Part shown: positions 51,601 through 64,000 of the stretch, piece after piece | Position numbering within the stretch: position 1 is the stretch's first letter | Layout: each line of letters begins with the position of its first letter | Origin: Paraspadella gotoi | Lineage: Eukaryota > Animalia > Chaetognatha | Reading direction: 5' to 3' | DNA length: 64,000 nucleotides | Assembly: GCA_051294375.1 (NCBI GenBank) | Contig: CM119269.1 | Span: forward strand, 22,493,808 to 22,557,807 | The notes under the pieces: model-generated | What the model was told of the DNA's origin: nothing | The model's database searches: none | Seen by the model: only the letters and a program-made list of their open reading frames with translations | Position numbers and translations under genes: made by a program

Positions 51601-54600
51601 CCTTACGACGATGGTTTCGTCGACTGAACAGCTTTAAGAAGGATTCGACCGAATTCGACTGCGCGTCATCACCAGCGGCGTTTCCGTAGCTTCTGGGGCG
51701 GTGAGTTCTTCCCGCCAGTGGCGTAGTGGGGGTTTTAGCTCGTTTATTTCAAACGCCCTCGCCTCCTCTTTTGTTTCTCCCTTTATTTCTTTCTTTCTTT
51801 TTTCGAATCTGATTTTTGGATATTCTTATAGATATTTTTATTTCGTGGTCTTTCATCGAATATATTTTTCGTTGAAATAACGCTTCCTACCGCCTCTTGG
51901 CATTGTGGCCTTTCGTGGCGAGGCGGACCGATTATCGAGAATTTTTAATTCCTTTTATGAATATTAATTCTATATCGGTCCGCCTCGCCTACGATCCCAC
52001 CGTCCGCCCTTTTTGTCTCCTACCATGTTTTTTCGTTGCCTTTGGCCGTGGCTAGGAAAGGGGGTTGGCGGAGAATGGAGGGGGGGGGGGGGTTCTGGGA
52101 GTTTTTTTCGTTTAATTCCCGCTAATTTGTTTACGCTTACGTTTTTTAACATGTGACGATTCCATAATCGGTCCGGTTTTCTCTCCACTCACGCTTCGCC
52201 TCGTTTGACGAGTCTCGAATCTCCTTCCAGCTGTTCCGACTCCAGTGGCGGCCCCTCTCTCAGATCGGGCGCTCCGCCTCGGATCCGTCACACTGGTCTG
52301 CGCCTCTACCAAGCGTCATCGCATCCCACACCCAGTGCCGGATCCGGACGCCAGTACTCCTCCGATTCGGCGGCGGAGAGGAGAAGTTTCGTTCTTCGGA
52401 TGACGACGGTCAGGCGGTTTTCGACGGTCCTTCTGTCCCACGAGTCAGGTCGACGCCGGTTCCAGGTTCGTTACATGGTGGCGTTTTTCCTTGCGCTGTG
52501 AGGGAAGCGGATCTTCCCTCCGGCCCAAACCGATGGATTACTCGCGTGGGAGCCCAGCGATCTGGCAGTATACGCCCACTGATCGAACGTACGCTTCTCC
52601 TCTCCGGATTCACCCGCTCCGACGCCCGGACACGTGCCTCTCCGCTCAATCGAGTCGGCGTTTTCCAAGGGATAATAACGCGCTACTCTCCGCTCCCTTC
52701 ACGCTGCGATTTGCAGCGAGAACGGCGGCACCCCGCATGCCATCCTTCTGTTGCCGATGAGCTGCGCGGAATCAAGGAGGCTCTCCCGTTTCCGGCCTCG
52801 CCAGAATGAGTGTCAGCCGCTGAGCGTCGACGCCCTTGCTCGCCCCGTCTTCGCCGACGTCGGCTCTTATTCAAGCGGCGTCCCTCAGACCTTTCAGTCG
52901 GCGAGTATCCGCCGCCAGTCCACCGCCTGTGGCCGCGCAGTTTCCGGGCACGCTTGCCCCCCCCACGCCTCTTCCTTTTTTAAGGGTATTCAGGAAGCGC
53001 AGGTGGCCCCCTGTATCGGCGCTTCAACTTATTCGCTGTCTAACGGGAACGTCCGCTCGCCGCCAACCCGGCTTGCACGACAAGCGCCCTCGATTTCCCG
53101 CTCGAAGTTCTTGCCTTCAAGCGCAAGTGGACCAAGAAGTCTGTTCCCCGCAAACGTCGGGAGACGGGAAGGGCCGGGCTTGGGCGATCCCGGCGAATGA
53201 CTCGAAACGGCCTCCCTCGCGGTCGCCGCCTCGTCCGACCGCCAGGTTTTAGGCCTGGATCCGCCGACATGGACTCGAGTCTCGACACGGACCTTTCCAA
53301 CGCCGGCGCTTCCTTCCGGAAGTCCCGTCGGGAGGTCGGCTTCGTTCTCACACAGCCTTGACGTGCGCTTCCGTTGGCGAACGTCGCCCATTCTCGATAA
53401 CTTCCGGGATCGCCCTCGAGGGGCGAAAGCAGTTTCCAAGCTTACGGCTTCTCCCATCGATCGACCGCGATCCTTCACGTTCCTGGGGACCGAGGACGCC
53501 TTGGTCGACGCGAGATTTGTGCGGACTTTGGGGCAGGACGCCATTCGAGTAGTCCCGTTCTCGGGGCTTCTTTTCCAATGCTTTTTCCTCGTTACGAATG
53601 GAGCTGCCCGTATTGAACTTTAAAAAGGACTCAATCTCGTTCCTTTCGCCGCCTTATTTCGGATGGGATGGAGCCGACTTATCGTTTAGACGTGCCTTTA
53701 CCTCAGGCCGATGTGTGGCTGCAGACATTCGTCATGACTTCGAGAATCGCTCTGCATCTCTCAATCGTGGTCGATCCACGAGGATGTCCCGATCGAGATT
53801 TTGTTGCGGCTCCTGTTGGCTAAAGGGACCATCTCGACAGAATCTTCTCACTTCGTCCATCTCGACGGGACACCAATTGCGTCTTAAGCCCTCTACCAGA
53901 CAGCGACGAGAGCCTCTTAGTGTCGCTTTGGTTCCGCCACAGGGATTCGATGCTCTTTTTATACATAGACGACATCTTGATCCATGGAGTCTCTCGGCGA
54001 CGATTTGTCGCCGAAGCCACTCGGAGGCGGTGGCGCTACTCCAGGAGCGGGTCTCGCCATCAGAGGTCAGCCTGTCTCCCTCTCAGAGTGATTTCGAGGG
54101 GACCCTCCCACTCATCGCGCGAGACAAAACTTTCGTCCGCGGAAGTCTTTGCAACCGACCGCACCACGTGCCCGTCAGTGCCTTCACTCTAGCGCCTTTC
54201 GACGCGCGCGTCCATGGCAGTTCCTGCTGCTGCGTTGCCGGTCTTTCGAGGATTTAACGAGAACTCAATCCGGTCTACAAGTCGAAGAAGGATCTCGACC
54301 GCGTTGTTCCTCTCCACTCCCGCGATGGAGGAGCTGCGAGTGGATCGCACCCTCTCTCCAGACCAGTGCTTCTCGACTCGACGACCTCCTCCCGGAGGTC
54401 TGCACGCTGGATGGTGACGACGGATGCTTCGTCGCTAGGGATGGGGGTTTCTCATAAAGGCCAGACTGTCGATGTGGAACTGGCTCGGCTGGGTGCCCCC
54501 TCCATTATTTTGTGAAGGAGTTCACAGTTGTGAGGATCTTCCTCCAACGATTCGGAGCTTCTTCCACGCGCGTTCCATGCCTCTCTGGAGACGGATCAGC

Positions 54601-57600
54601 CTGTCCTCTCATCCTGCTTCGTCGGGGCTGTCAGCAGGTAGTTCAGACTCTCTTCGAGAAGTTCAGTCAGGGCGAGCTGTCCAGACTGGGGCCGCACCTG
54701 AGCTCTGAGGTTGCGCGACGCAACCTCTTTGAGAGAACATCGGACGCGGAGGCGCGTGGGCTGGTCTTCTCGAGTTTCCGCCAGATGGTCGACTCTTTCT
54801 GGTCTCCCCGGCATCGAGTCTTTTTTCGCGCTCCCCGGTCGCTCAAGTTCCACGTTTTTTCGCCGGGAGGCGACGCCGGAGGCCGCGGAGGGGGATAGAC
54901 GCCTGTGGCGCAACGCTGGGGTTCTTCGACCTGTGGCCTACTCTTCTCCCCCTCTCTGCTGCTGATGATGGTGATCCGCAGATGGCAAGAAGGCGAGGGG
55001 CCCTTCTCTGATCACCCCGTTCTTGGCGAGACGTCAGAAGTGGTTCCATAGCTCCTTTCTTCCTTCGGTTCTGGACGCGAGGCGCCTTTCCGGCGCCGGA
55101 AAACCTCGTCGTACTCGATTCCCTTCCGCGCCTTCTCGGCAACTTCCCTGCGGCGACTCCAGGCGCGGCGTGCTTCAACTTTTGACAGCGTTCCTCAGGC
55201 TCGTCGTCTGGAGGATTTTGGCTGGTGCCTACAACCTCTCCGACATCGACGACTCCATCTTCTCGTCATCGTACGACAGGCCTGTGAGGTAGGCTCTACC
55301 GGAGAGCCTACGCCGAGCTTGGGAGCTCCTTCTGCGACTCCTTCAGGGATAGAGAGAGTTCGAGGATCTCAAGCCTCTCTAGAGGATTGTCCTACGATTA
55401 TCTCGGTTTTCTGTGCGAGAAGGGCCTCTCGTACAGCACGTTTCAACCTTCACAGATTCGGCCATCTCAGCTATCTCCTTTTCCCTGGCAGGGAGCGCCG
55501 GTTTGGAGAGCATCTTTGGTCCGGCGCCTCTCTCAAGGAGTTTTCGAGAGACGCCTCCCTCACGTCGTTTTCCCACGTGGAATGCGGCTCGTTTTTCACG
55601 CATTCTCGACTCGGCGCCACTTCCGTCGGCGCCGAGTGAATCTTTACGACGCTCGCTCTTCTCTCGTTTAGCGTCAGCTCGTCGCCTTCAGAGATTCGTC
55701 GTCTCTTACGTTTGCGACGCTGGGCTATCTCTCCTTTCAGCGGCAGATCACGTTCGCTCTCGGTTCCATCGACGCTCTCGAAGACGAACAGGTCGGGACA
55801 CATCGGGTCGCGATTTCGTCTCGTTTCGCTGGCCTTTCAGACCTCGTCTGCCCGGTTCAGCGCTGCGGCAACTTGGCTCTCTTCCGGTTCGGGATTGGCG
55901 CCGCCCACGATTTTCTTTTCTGGCTCCCGCCGCCGCCCTTTTCGTCAACTTCTCGACGCAGCGTTCGCCTCCATATCTTCAAAGGACTCTTTCTGGAGGC
56001 GAGTTTCTGCGCCCCGGGGTCGAACGCCGCTATGGCGGTCTCGGAGCCTTTGCCCCGCGGCGTGGATTCTCGGCTCATTCTTCGCGCTTCCTTCGGCGAG
56101 ATTGGTCTGGGCAGCAGACCTTCTTCCGTTCTACTGCGGGACGTTCGGCGTGGGCCCCCTTCCGGAGTTTTCTAGCGGACAATTGAGGACCTTCGTTTCC
56201 CGGATTGAGGAGGGAGCCGGCTTGGGATTTGCCGGGCCTCCATTGGTTCGAGGCCGGTCATGTGACGGCTTCCCCTGGATTTTCTTTTTTCATCTCCGAT
56301 GTTATTTTGTTCGTTTTTCTGTACTCTGATAAACGGCGATCTATCGCACTAGCGCGAAAAAAGGGCTTTTCGTGGCGAGGCGGACCGATATAGAATTAGT
56401 ATTCCATAAAGGAATTAAAAATTCTAATTTTTAAGAGGTTGGAATATAGGAATAAAATATGAAACATTCTTTGAACATTTTCCACTTCATTGATAGGGAA
56501 GCCAGGTACTCTGGGAGTGAATAAACGAGACTGTGAGAGAGTCTTGATTGAAAGCTTGCAGGGACCTGCTATGTCATTATCTTGTAAGAGTGATGGAGGC
56601 CTTAAACCACCAAAGCCTGTCCAAAGTCAGGGGCAAGATAGCTTATTTATTAAATGAATGGATAATTTTTATATTGGTTGTACCAATTTCATAAAATTCA
56701 GCTCCTTGTATTTTGATGCTAGTGCGGAGTAAAATAAGTATTCCCCGATCTAATACTTAAGGGAGTGGTCTTTTCATACAATTGAAACATTCTTTGAAAT
56801 ATTTTCCACTTCATTGATAGGGAAGCCAGGTACTCTGGGAGTGAATAAACGAGACTGTGAGAGAGTCTTGATTGAAAGCTTGCAGGGACCTGCTATGTCA
56901 TTATCTTGTAAGAGTGATGGAGGCCTTAAACCACCAAAGCCTGTCCAAAGTCAGGGGCAAGATAGCTTATTTATTAAATGAATGGATAATTTTTATATTG
57001 GTTGTACCAATTTCATAGTATTGGTCGGTGGTGACTTGATTAGAAAGTTTTACTTATACCACAAAAAATGTAGAATTAAGATATATATAATTAAAATATC
57101 TAACGGCTAACTAACCAAAAACAAGCCGGTGAAAATAAAAATATAAACCTTGAAGTTAAGGGAACAGAAATTTACCCATCCTTGATCAAACAACGACAAT
57201 TATACGAGATAGTTAAACTAAATCTCATTTGAAACGAATAACGATCAGGTCGAAATCCCTCCGCCTCGAGAAGCCACGCCCATCGGAATCGCCGCTCAAA
57301 CGCGCCATCTCCTGCGACGGAGATCGGTGCGGACGCGAACGATCGGGCCACGCCGACGCCGCGCCCGCAGCGGCACGGCGCGACAGAGCCGGCCTCAAGG
57401 GCGCCTCTCGGTCTTTGCCACCGGAAATGAGAAACAAAGACTCGAGCGTCGGACCTGTACTTACCCTGCCACCGCCGCCACAGCCGCTCCTTACCCTGCC
57501 CCCTCCCGATTGCCCGACGTCGTCTGCTCTCGAGTGCGAATCTTGCGCGGGAAAAGAAGTCGCGTCGCCGACGGCGGAAGGGAAGGACTCGGCGCTTACT

Positions 57601-59365
57601 TATAGGATTAAAGGTTCGCTGGCGGCGAGAGGAGAAGTGTAGGGAAGCGGGGTATATTGACGATTGGATCATAAATCAATGAGGCAAAGCAAATGGACCA
57701 CTTGACCAGTTGACGGTCATCGAAATAGAAAGCGGGAGGCTAAGAAAGAAAACTTGCAATTATTTTTTGTCAGGCGACGCTATTCCGCTACAAGTTGGCA
57801 AAGTTCGGCGACACACTCAGGAACTGGAGCGATTGAAGTCCGCGGATTGCAATCCTGAAGTACGAGTAGGCAGCTCAAAGTGAATGGGGATCAACTTATC
57901 TATCTTTCTATCTCTTTTCCTATGTCTGTCTCTCTCTCTCTTTTCCAGGATTCCCGTTCCTCTCCGACCATCAACGAACCCCTCCCTCAACCCACCGTCT
58001 CTCGCCCGGCCATCCTCCCGGCGTCCCGAGTTTCCCTTCAAGCCGCCGACACGGAGCGTTTCCTGGAAAGCGGCGTCGACGTCGCCGATAACGACGGCGT
58101 CCGTTCGGACCGCAGCGCCAGCGAGTCCCGGCGCCACCACGGCGCCCACGCGGCACGATCGAGAGAAGGCGCCGCTCGAAAACGGGGCGAGGACATTGAA
58201 GCGCCCGGGATTTTTCGGCGCGATTCTCTTCGCGCCTCATTGGTCAGCGCCGCTTCTGCCAAACTCGCCCACCATCGCGACGCCGTCGGAACCGGCGTCA
58301 CGAACGAAGCCGACGCCACGATTGGCAATTCGACGCCTTCGGAGGAGCAGACGTCGCCGCTCAGCCGCAGCGCGCCGACTGCCAAATCGGGCTACTTGGC
58401 TAAATACGCGGCGGAGGCGTTACGATCCAGCGGCGCTGTTAGCGGCTGCGACGGCGCCCAAGACTTTGTCCACGCTGAAGGGACGCGGCAGGCCTTCGTC
58501 CGCTCCTCCGTTTCACCGCCTTCGTCCGTCGTCGCCTCCGGTGATCATCGATCGCCTGCGGAGGCGTCCGACGTCTTCGTCGACTCAGCTCGACGGTCGC
58601 GCGGAGCCAAAGAGTTCACTGGAGTGAGGAAGCTCGTCGGAGAGTTCGAGCGAAAACGGCACACCCTCGGAGGGTTCTCGCTGTCGTCGACGGAGGAAGG
58701 CATGTGGCGGAGTTTCTTTAATCTTATTTGCATAGTGGAGCAGTTGAGATGATTACTTATATATTTTGATTCGGTTTTCGTCAATTTTTTAAATTATTTT
58801 TATATGACAATTTTGATTTTGTATTTTCAATATGTTTTTATAGTTAATATAAAATATATATAATATTATATATATTTAAATACTTAGTTCGAGAATGTAG
58901 AATTTGTATCTTGACGAATGGAAGATGCGATGAATGAAACACCTAATGGCCATTTGTTATTGATTGTAATTCTTCTCTCCTTTCAAATCCCAAGATTCGT
59001 TGAGGTTGACGACAGTTTCCTGTCCACCGGAGAACCTTCAAGTTCTCCTCGAGGATCCCGTCGTCATCCCCGCCGACGTCTCCAGCTTCAACGCCTTTCG
59101 ATCGCGTCGTCACAAGAATCAGAGTCCGACGAAGCATCCGTCGAAGACTCGCCCGCCCGACTCTTCCGGGCAAGACCAGGTCGCCGCCCCCAACCCCGCC
59201 ACCGCCCCCAACACCGCCGTCGCCGCCCCCAACACCGCCGTCGCCGCTCCCTCCAGCAAACCCGCGCGGACGAAGCCGCAGATCTTGAGTCTCCCCGGAC
59301 CCAAAGCGACGAACTCGAATCGCGCCTTTGCGAATTTGGATCCCGCCTTTTATCACACCATGTGA
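45558..59365 (+). CDS. SSH: Protein phosphatase Slingshot homologue, multi-exon
   Basis: MALVTVQ|RSPTPS, LSESYFTVKGAALVLP, LDGDGGF..HIFKPVSIQAMWSALQ, DEK-C-like segment, LYLGSEWNASNL, catalytic HCKMG|ISRS, and C-terminal FYHTM-stop resembling the FYNTM end of SSH2. The low-complexity C-terminal exons are less certain. Confidence 0.93.
50410..50536 (+). repeat. R1 repeat, degenerate partial copy
   Basis: gctatgttattatcttgtaagag...gattggttgtaccaa matches R1. Confidence 0.75.
53324..55150 (+). pseudogene. DIRS reverse transcriptase/RNase H region (frameshifted as assembled)
   Basis: PVGGRL (53324-53345), PVLNFK..LN..FRM, LYIDDILI (YIDD at 53962-53973), RNase H VTTDASSLG(W)G (54414-54446); multiple 1-bp indels. 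The end coordinate is approximate. Confidence 0.75.
55300..56186 (+). pseudogene. DIRS tyrosine recombinase region (frameshifted as assembled)
   Basis: Lies after RT/RH. FLCEKGLSYST-like N-terminal segment and a C-terminal DWSGQQTFFR.Y motif typical of DIRS YR ends; boundaries approximate. Confidence 0.55.
56460..57016 (+). repeat. Two near-identical R1 copies (56460-56692, 56780-57016)
   Basis: Direct sequence identity with each other and with 350-587. Confidence 0.92.
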
Positions 59366-59981
59366 AGAAAGAGAGAGAGAGAGATTCTGCCTTCGCCCCA
59401 GCCCCCGTTGCTTGTGATAAAGAGATCACGAAATTTTTAAAGAGATTTTTGCTTCACGCGATGAGTGATAATTTGATTTTGACCAAATTTTTGTCTCGCG
59501 AGTATCGATGGGATAAAACATTTCCAACTTATGTGACCCAATTTTTTTCGGGCGAGACCCGCGTCGCCAAAGACTCGTCTTCGAAATAAGACGCTTTTAT
59601 TTTCCAATTTGCGCATTTTGAAAAGGGTAGGATGCATTTTAGAAACTAGTACTTTTAGAAACATTTTTCATTACAAACTTTTTAAACACTTTTTGCTGTA
59701 ATAATTTAAATATACATATTGTTTTTGTATCAGTGATGATTACAATTATTAAAAAAACTTCTAGTGTTCTTCATGAAATGTTTGAGTTTGGGTAAAGTCG
59801 TACGCTTTTTTTTTCTACCCGTTATTTTTTTTTAAACAGCTGAAAATGACTGAAAAAAGAATTGAGAAAAGAATAAGAATGAAGCTGAAGTTGAAACCGT
59901 GAACCTGTAAAACTCAGTGAATGACAAAGTCGACCACTAAATCCGAAAATCGAAGAACTCAAAGTCCAACTTCAATCTTCA

Positions 59982-60035
<54 letters not shown>

Positions 60036-60126
60036 GGGGAGAGATTGCAGTACATCGATATTCTGTTTAGTCTTTGGTTTCACTAAAAAAAGTGGGATTA
60101 TTTTCCCGCCTTTTAAACTTGAAAAA

Positions 60127-61254
60127 ATGAGGAGGGTCGCGAAAGTGTTGACCTATGTTTCGATCTTTCTCGTTCACGCTTTCACCATTTATCACATTCA
60201 TTACCAAGCGGGGTTTTTGGAAGAAACCGTGCTGGCTTTTACAGGTAACGTTAGGGTTATTTCAAGTTGTCAAATTTTCATTGAGAAATTTTGCAAAAAA
60301 TAAAATCTAGTTTAACTTGACCCATATCTCGCAAGGTACAAATACTCTCTCTAATTTTCTAACTCTTTCTAATTCCATATCATTCATAATGATAATTTCA
60401 AATAATCCCCTCCCCTCCTTTTGACAGTGGGTTTCATGAAAGGATCCGACTATCAGTTTTACCTCAACTGCATTTTCGACGTCTTTTACTGTTCACTATT
60501 GGCCGCTTTTTTCTTTTCTCGTCGGAATTTGACTTCGACGCTGAGTGACGTCGGCAAAGATGACGATCGCTTGGACCCCGAGGCGATGACCGCCTCCAGC
60601 GTCACCATCGTCAGCGAACAGCGGAATAAGAACAACAACAACAACGATAAAAAAAAACTTAATCTGGGCGGCGAGAAAAAATCTCGAATCGAGACTCAAG
60701 GATCGGAACGAAAAGAAGCAATTCGAAATAAGGATGACTTCGACGGAAAAGAAGAATTTCGAAATAAGGATGACATCGACGGAAAAGAAGAATTTCGAAA
60801 TAAGGATGACTTCGACCGAAAAGACTCGAAAACGACGAAAAACTCCAAGAGCAAAAATCGGGGAAAGTCGCGCAACAAAACTCGCGGGCCTGGGTTCGTG
60901 GAAACTAAATCCGGCGCCGAAGACGCCGGTGCCTTCGAGCGTCAAAGACGGCGCCACGCGGACTCGGTAACGCTGGAGAACGGCGCCGCGAAGAGCGCCG
61001 TTACGTCGACTTGGACGCCGTTGGGCGTGGTCGACGTCGTCGTCATCGGCTTCGTTTTCCCTTTGGTTCTCTTGACCATTTACTTGGCTTGGAATCTTCA
61101 GACCTCCGTCGAAGTCTCGTGGTTGTCGTGGAGGTGGTTGTGGGGATGGTGGTTGGAAAGGTGGTGGGGGTGGAGATTTTTATGTGTGGCGGCGGCGATG
61201 GTTGGAATTACTGTGTGGGTTCGTCCTCGAAAAGGAGGGAAGAAGATGGACTGA
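60127..61254 (+). CDS. Uncharacterised multi-pass membrane protein, 2 exons (60127-60244, 60428-61254)
   Basis: A-rich ATG context and an in-frame GT-AG intron. Hydrophobic N-terminal segments, a charged middle with RNKDD(F/I)DGKEEF repeats, and two C-terminal hydrophobic segments around a Trp-rich stretch. Confidence 0.6.
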
Positions 61255-63057
61255 GGTGAAGAGAGACGAGACATGAGTTGAGAGAAGAACCATTCCTACA
61301 ATGCAATGTTTTGAATATCTGAAGAAGAGGGCGAGGCTTTGCTCGCCTTTTACTAGTGAAGATGATTGCCGTTGCCAGTTTGATGTAGCTACTAACTAGT
61401 CACTACCTTTTGAAACTTTTATGCCGATTCGCAGGGCTGCATATCAACGATATTAGTTTGGCTACAAAGACATGAATATCTTCCCTTATTTTCTCTTATT
61501 GTCTGGGAAAGCGCTGGTGGCAGAGAAAAATAAATTATTACTAATTACCTTAACGACTGAGCCGGGTGTCAATGTATGATGTACTAGTCATTTAGAGACA
61601 ACAATAAACTTCAGTCGTCTTCAGCCCCATTAGCTAAATCTGATTGGCAAATGCAATTGTCTACATTAGTAAAAGATGAGTAAAAGAGTAGATGATATTT
61701 GACGACAATAGAAATGCGGCCGCTTGTTTTTATTTTTCATTACGTTCCTTGAATTTTTAAACGCGTTTTTAATGTTAATTTTTACGCCAAAGCAATCATG
61801 TTCAAATGCACAAAAAATGACATTCAGTGTTTTGCATGACTGGATATTGGATAACATTTAAATTTTTTACCCTGTTCTATTCCATTTTTGTTACCGAAGT
61901 ATTATTTACTACCATCTTGCCTAAATATTGTAATCTGTTATTGTTGTCAAAGATTTTAGAATATTGTGTTATAAGTTTTTCTTTGGGTTTTAACTTCATT
62001 CAGTCACAAGATAGACACGATGCCAGCTTATCTATTTAGTGAGGATCAGTACATAGATTGTTTGACGAGTGATTATAGCAATTCTGGATTTTTCTGTGTC
62101 GACCGAGACAAGGGACGTTTAACCAACTAACTTGAGGGGCATTACTCCACTCTCGGTGGCCACCCCCTCCGCCTTGCTCAAGAATTAGTGGATTCCCAAT
62201 ATCGACTATCCAATCCCGGGTGGAAATCTAGGGTGTTAACCACATTCAGCCGGGCGGCGATTGGCTAAATGGAAAGCGCTTTATCCTTTAAAAACGTTCG
62301 AGAGACACGAGAAAGTTTCTAACAAACTGAGAATCCGAGTTGAGAGAAGAAAACTCACCAGTCGATTTCTTGCTCCTCGGATCTTCCCATGTCGGACTCG
62401 CTCGTCGATGCCCCAAACTAGTTCACGTTGCCAGCGAATTCACCGCCGCTTCGTCTCTGATATACTGAAACGAGTTTCTTCCAGAGACAATCTCTTTGTC
62501 GCCATTTCGTTGGAGGCGCCGAAGTGACGATTAAGTCCTTTAAAGGAAATAAAACCGACTTACTGTTATGTTCTGTTATGTCTGTTATGTCTCGGAACAA
62601 CCATAGGATTGAATAGATCGCGGACAACCGTACATTGATTATCTGAGCACCCTGGAATCTGCACTGTATCGTAATCAGAACTTGATACCTCACACCTCTC
62701 CTACTATGATAATAATAATTCATAGTAACTGTAGGAGGCGATAATAAAATTTACATTTTCAGTTTTTACGAAAAAGCGCGAAATGTGGACGGAATTCCTT
62801 TGAAGTGTGAATTTAAATGACGGCGATTTCAATTAGAAGTGAATCAAGGATTTTGCGCGAATGGGTAACATGTTTGGACTTGTCTTTTCACGTCGTGACG
62901 TGCCATGCGCTGCCATGTCTTGACCTGTCATTCGCAACCAAAGAATTCGAGGGTACAGCTTGAGAATCTATATAATCGAGGATACCCTCTCCAACGCTCT
63001 GTGACCTAGAACTCTTGCGCCTTGTTGAGGTCATTTGTGGATTTCTTAATCACTCAA

Positions 63058-63186
63058 AAACCTGTCATACTATCATCGACGCTTGCTATATCACGAACAG
63101 AGACGGCTCACGTGTCATACTGTCATACTCACCTGTCATACTATCATCGACGCTTGCTATATCACGAAGAGAGACAGCTCACGTGC
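63058..63186. repeat. ~55 bp direct duplication upstream of Elongin A
   Basis: acctgtcatactatcatcgacgcttgctatatcacgaa.agagac.gctcacgtg occurs twice. Confidence 0.85.
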
Positions 63187-63469
63187 AACGCCCGCGATCG
63201 AAGCTCGAAGGGAGTAGGAGGAGGATTGAGTGATTGAGGAAGAGGAGTCATTCACTTTCTAAGTGTTCTTGTCTTTTTATTAATTATTATTTATCAATAT
63301 ATATTCTTTCTAATGTTTTAATTTTTGAAATCGTTTATTTCTTAGCTTTGTTTCGTTACAGTAAGTTTCGAAAAGAGGTAGAGGAAAAAAAACTAAGACT
63401 GGCTTAAAAGGACTCCTCTCTCGTTTTCCCCGCGCCTCGCCCTCCGACGGCGACGCCGCGCAGAAGAAA

Positions 63470-64000
63470 ATGGACGTGAGCGCGAAGATCCTTCATTGGA
63501 AGAAGTACTTGGAGTTGGAGCAACGCCCTCCTCCGGAGAAATTGCTCAAGATCTTGGATCGGCTCGATGATATTCAAGTCGACATGCAGATTTTGAGGGC
63601 AACTGAGATCGGTAAATATTAAATAACTTGAAGAGCCTCAATTGTATTATTTTTTGTGAGTATGAAATTTTTGATTCTACAAATTTGATATAACCATTTT
63701 AATCAAAATTCTAAAACTCGGGTTACAAGTTTCAAGTTTTTGCAAATAAAAATGCTAACTCTTTTAAAACAAACGAGGAAATTTCTGTTAAGTAAAAAAT
63801 AACTTTTAAATGACTTTTTAAGTTGTCTTCGATTTATCCATCCATCCATATTTTACAGCGCATGTCCATTAATTAGCTCAAATTTTATTTAGTCAAATCA
63901 AATTAACAATTTAATCAAAAAGTCAACTCTTTCAGGCAAAGCTGTCAACAACCTCCGGAAAGATCCCCACGTGGGTCGACGGGCGAAGGATTTGGTCTCC
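63470..64000 (+). CDS. ELOA: Elongin A-like (TFIIS N-terminal domain), 5' part; exons 63470-63611 and 63936->end
   Basis: EKLLKILDRLDDIQVDMQILRATEIG|KAVNNLRKDPHVGRRAKDLVS resembles the Elongin A N-terminus; other TFIIS-N proteins are not excluded. Confidence 0.7.

Larger units (their letters stand above)
50898..56425 (+). mobile_element. DIRS1-like tyrosine-recombinase retrotransposon in Slingshot intron 50815-57248
   Basis: ~210 bp inverted terminal repeats (50903-51112 / 56181-56391), right-end extension to 56425, internal complementary region 51910-51989, and fragmented RT, RNase H and YR motifs. Confidence 0.88.

Noticed and set aside
58918-59589. 223 aa ORF as the Slingshot last exon or a separate gene
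   Set aside because: The overlapping frame ending FYHTM-stop (59365) fits the splice phase and the SSH-type C-terminus better.

Overview
Eukaryotic, metazoan-type nuclear DNA from a compact, gene-dense genome with CpG-rich exons, short AT-rich introns and assembly gaps. The gene set and style suggest a non-bilaterian or other invertebrate, e.g. a sponge; this is a guess. The window holds one minus-strand gene (CLCA-family metalloprotease/VWA protein) and then eleven consecutive plus-strand genes: C7orf50/WKF-domain, PDZD8, NADSYN1, CDC37, REEP5/Yop1, YIPF5/Yip1, ERGIC3, an intronless KID-less CREB-like bZIP, Slingshot phosphatase, an orphan membrane protein and the start of Elongin A. Mobile DNA comprises a ~5.5 kb DIRS-type tyrosine-recombinase retrotransposon inside a Slingshot intron, two DINE-1/HINE-like elements, a tRNA-derived SINE family, a ~240 bp dispersed repeat and several minisatellites. 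The most notable observations are four. (1) The DIRS element's internal complementary region lies upstream of the ORFs rather than next to the right ITR. (2) The splice code looks relaxed, with at least 4 GC donors, at least 12 AAG acceptors and many GTY donors. (3) The long co-oriented gene run has acceptor-like sites just 5' of several start codons. (4) The CREB paralogue is divergent. All gene identities come from motif recognition by eye, not database searches. Regions 13.9-18.9 kb and 50.9-56.4 kb look like noisy, unpolished sequence.
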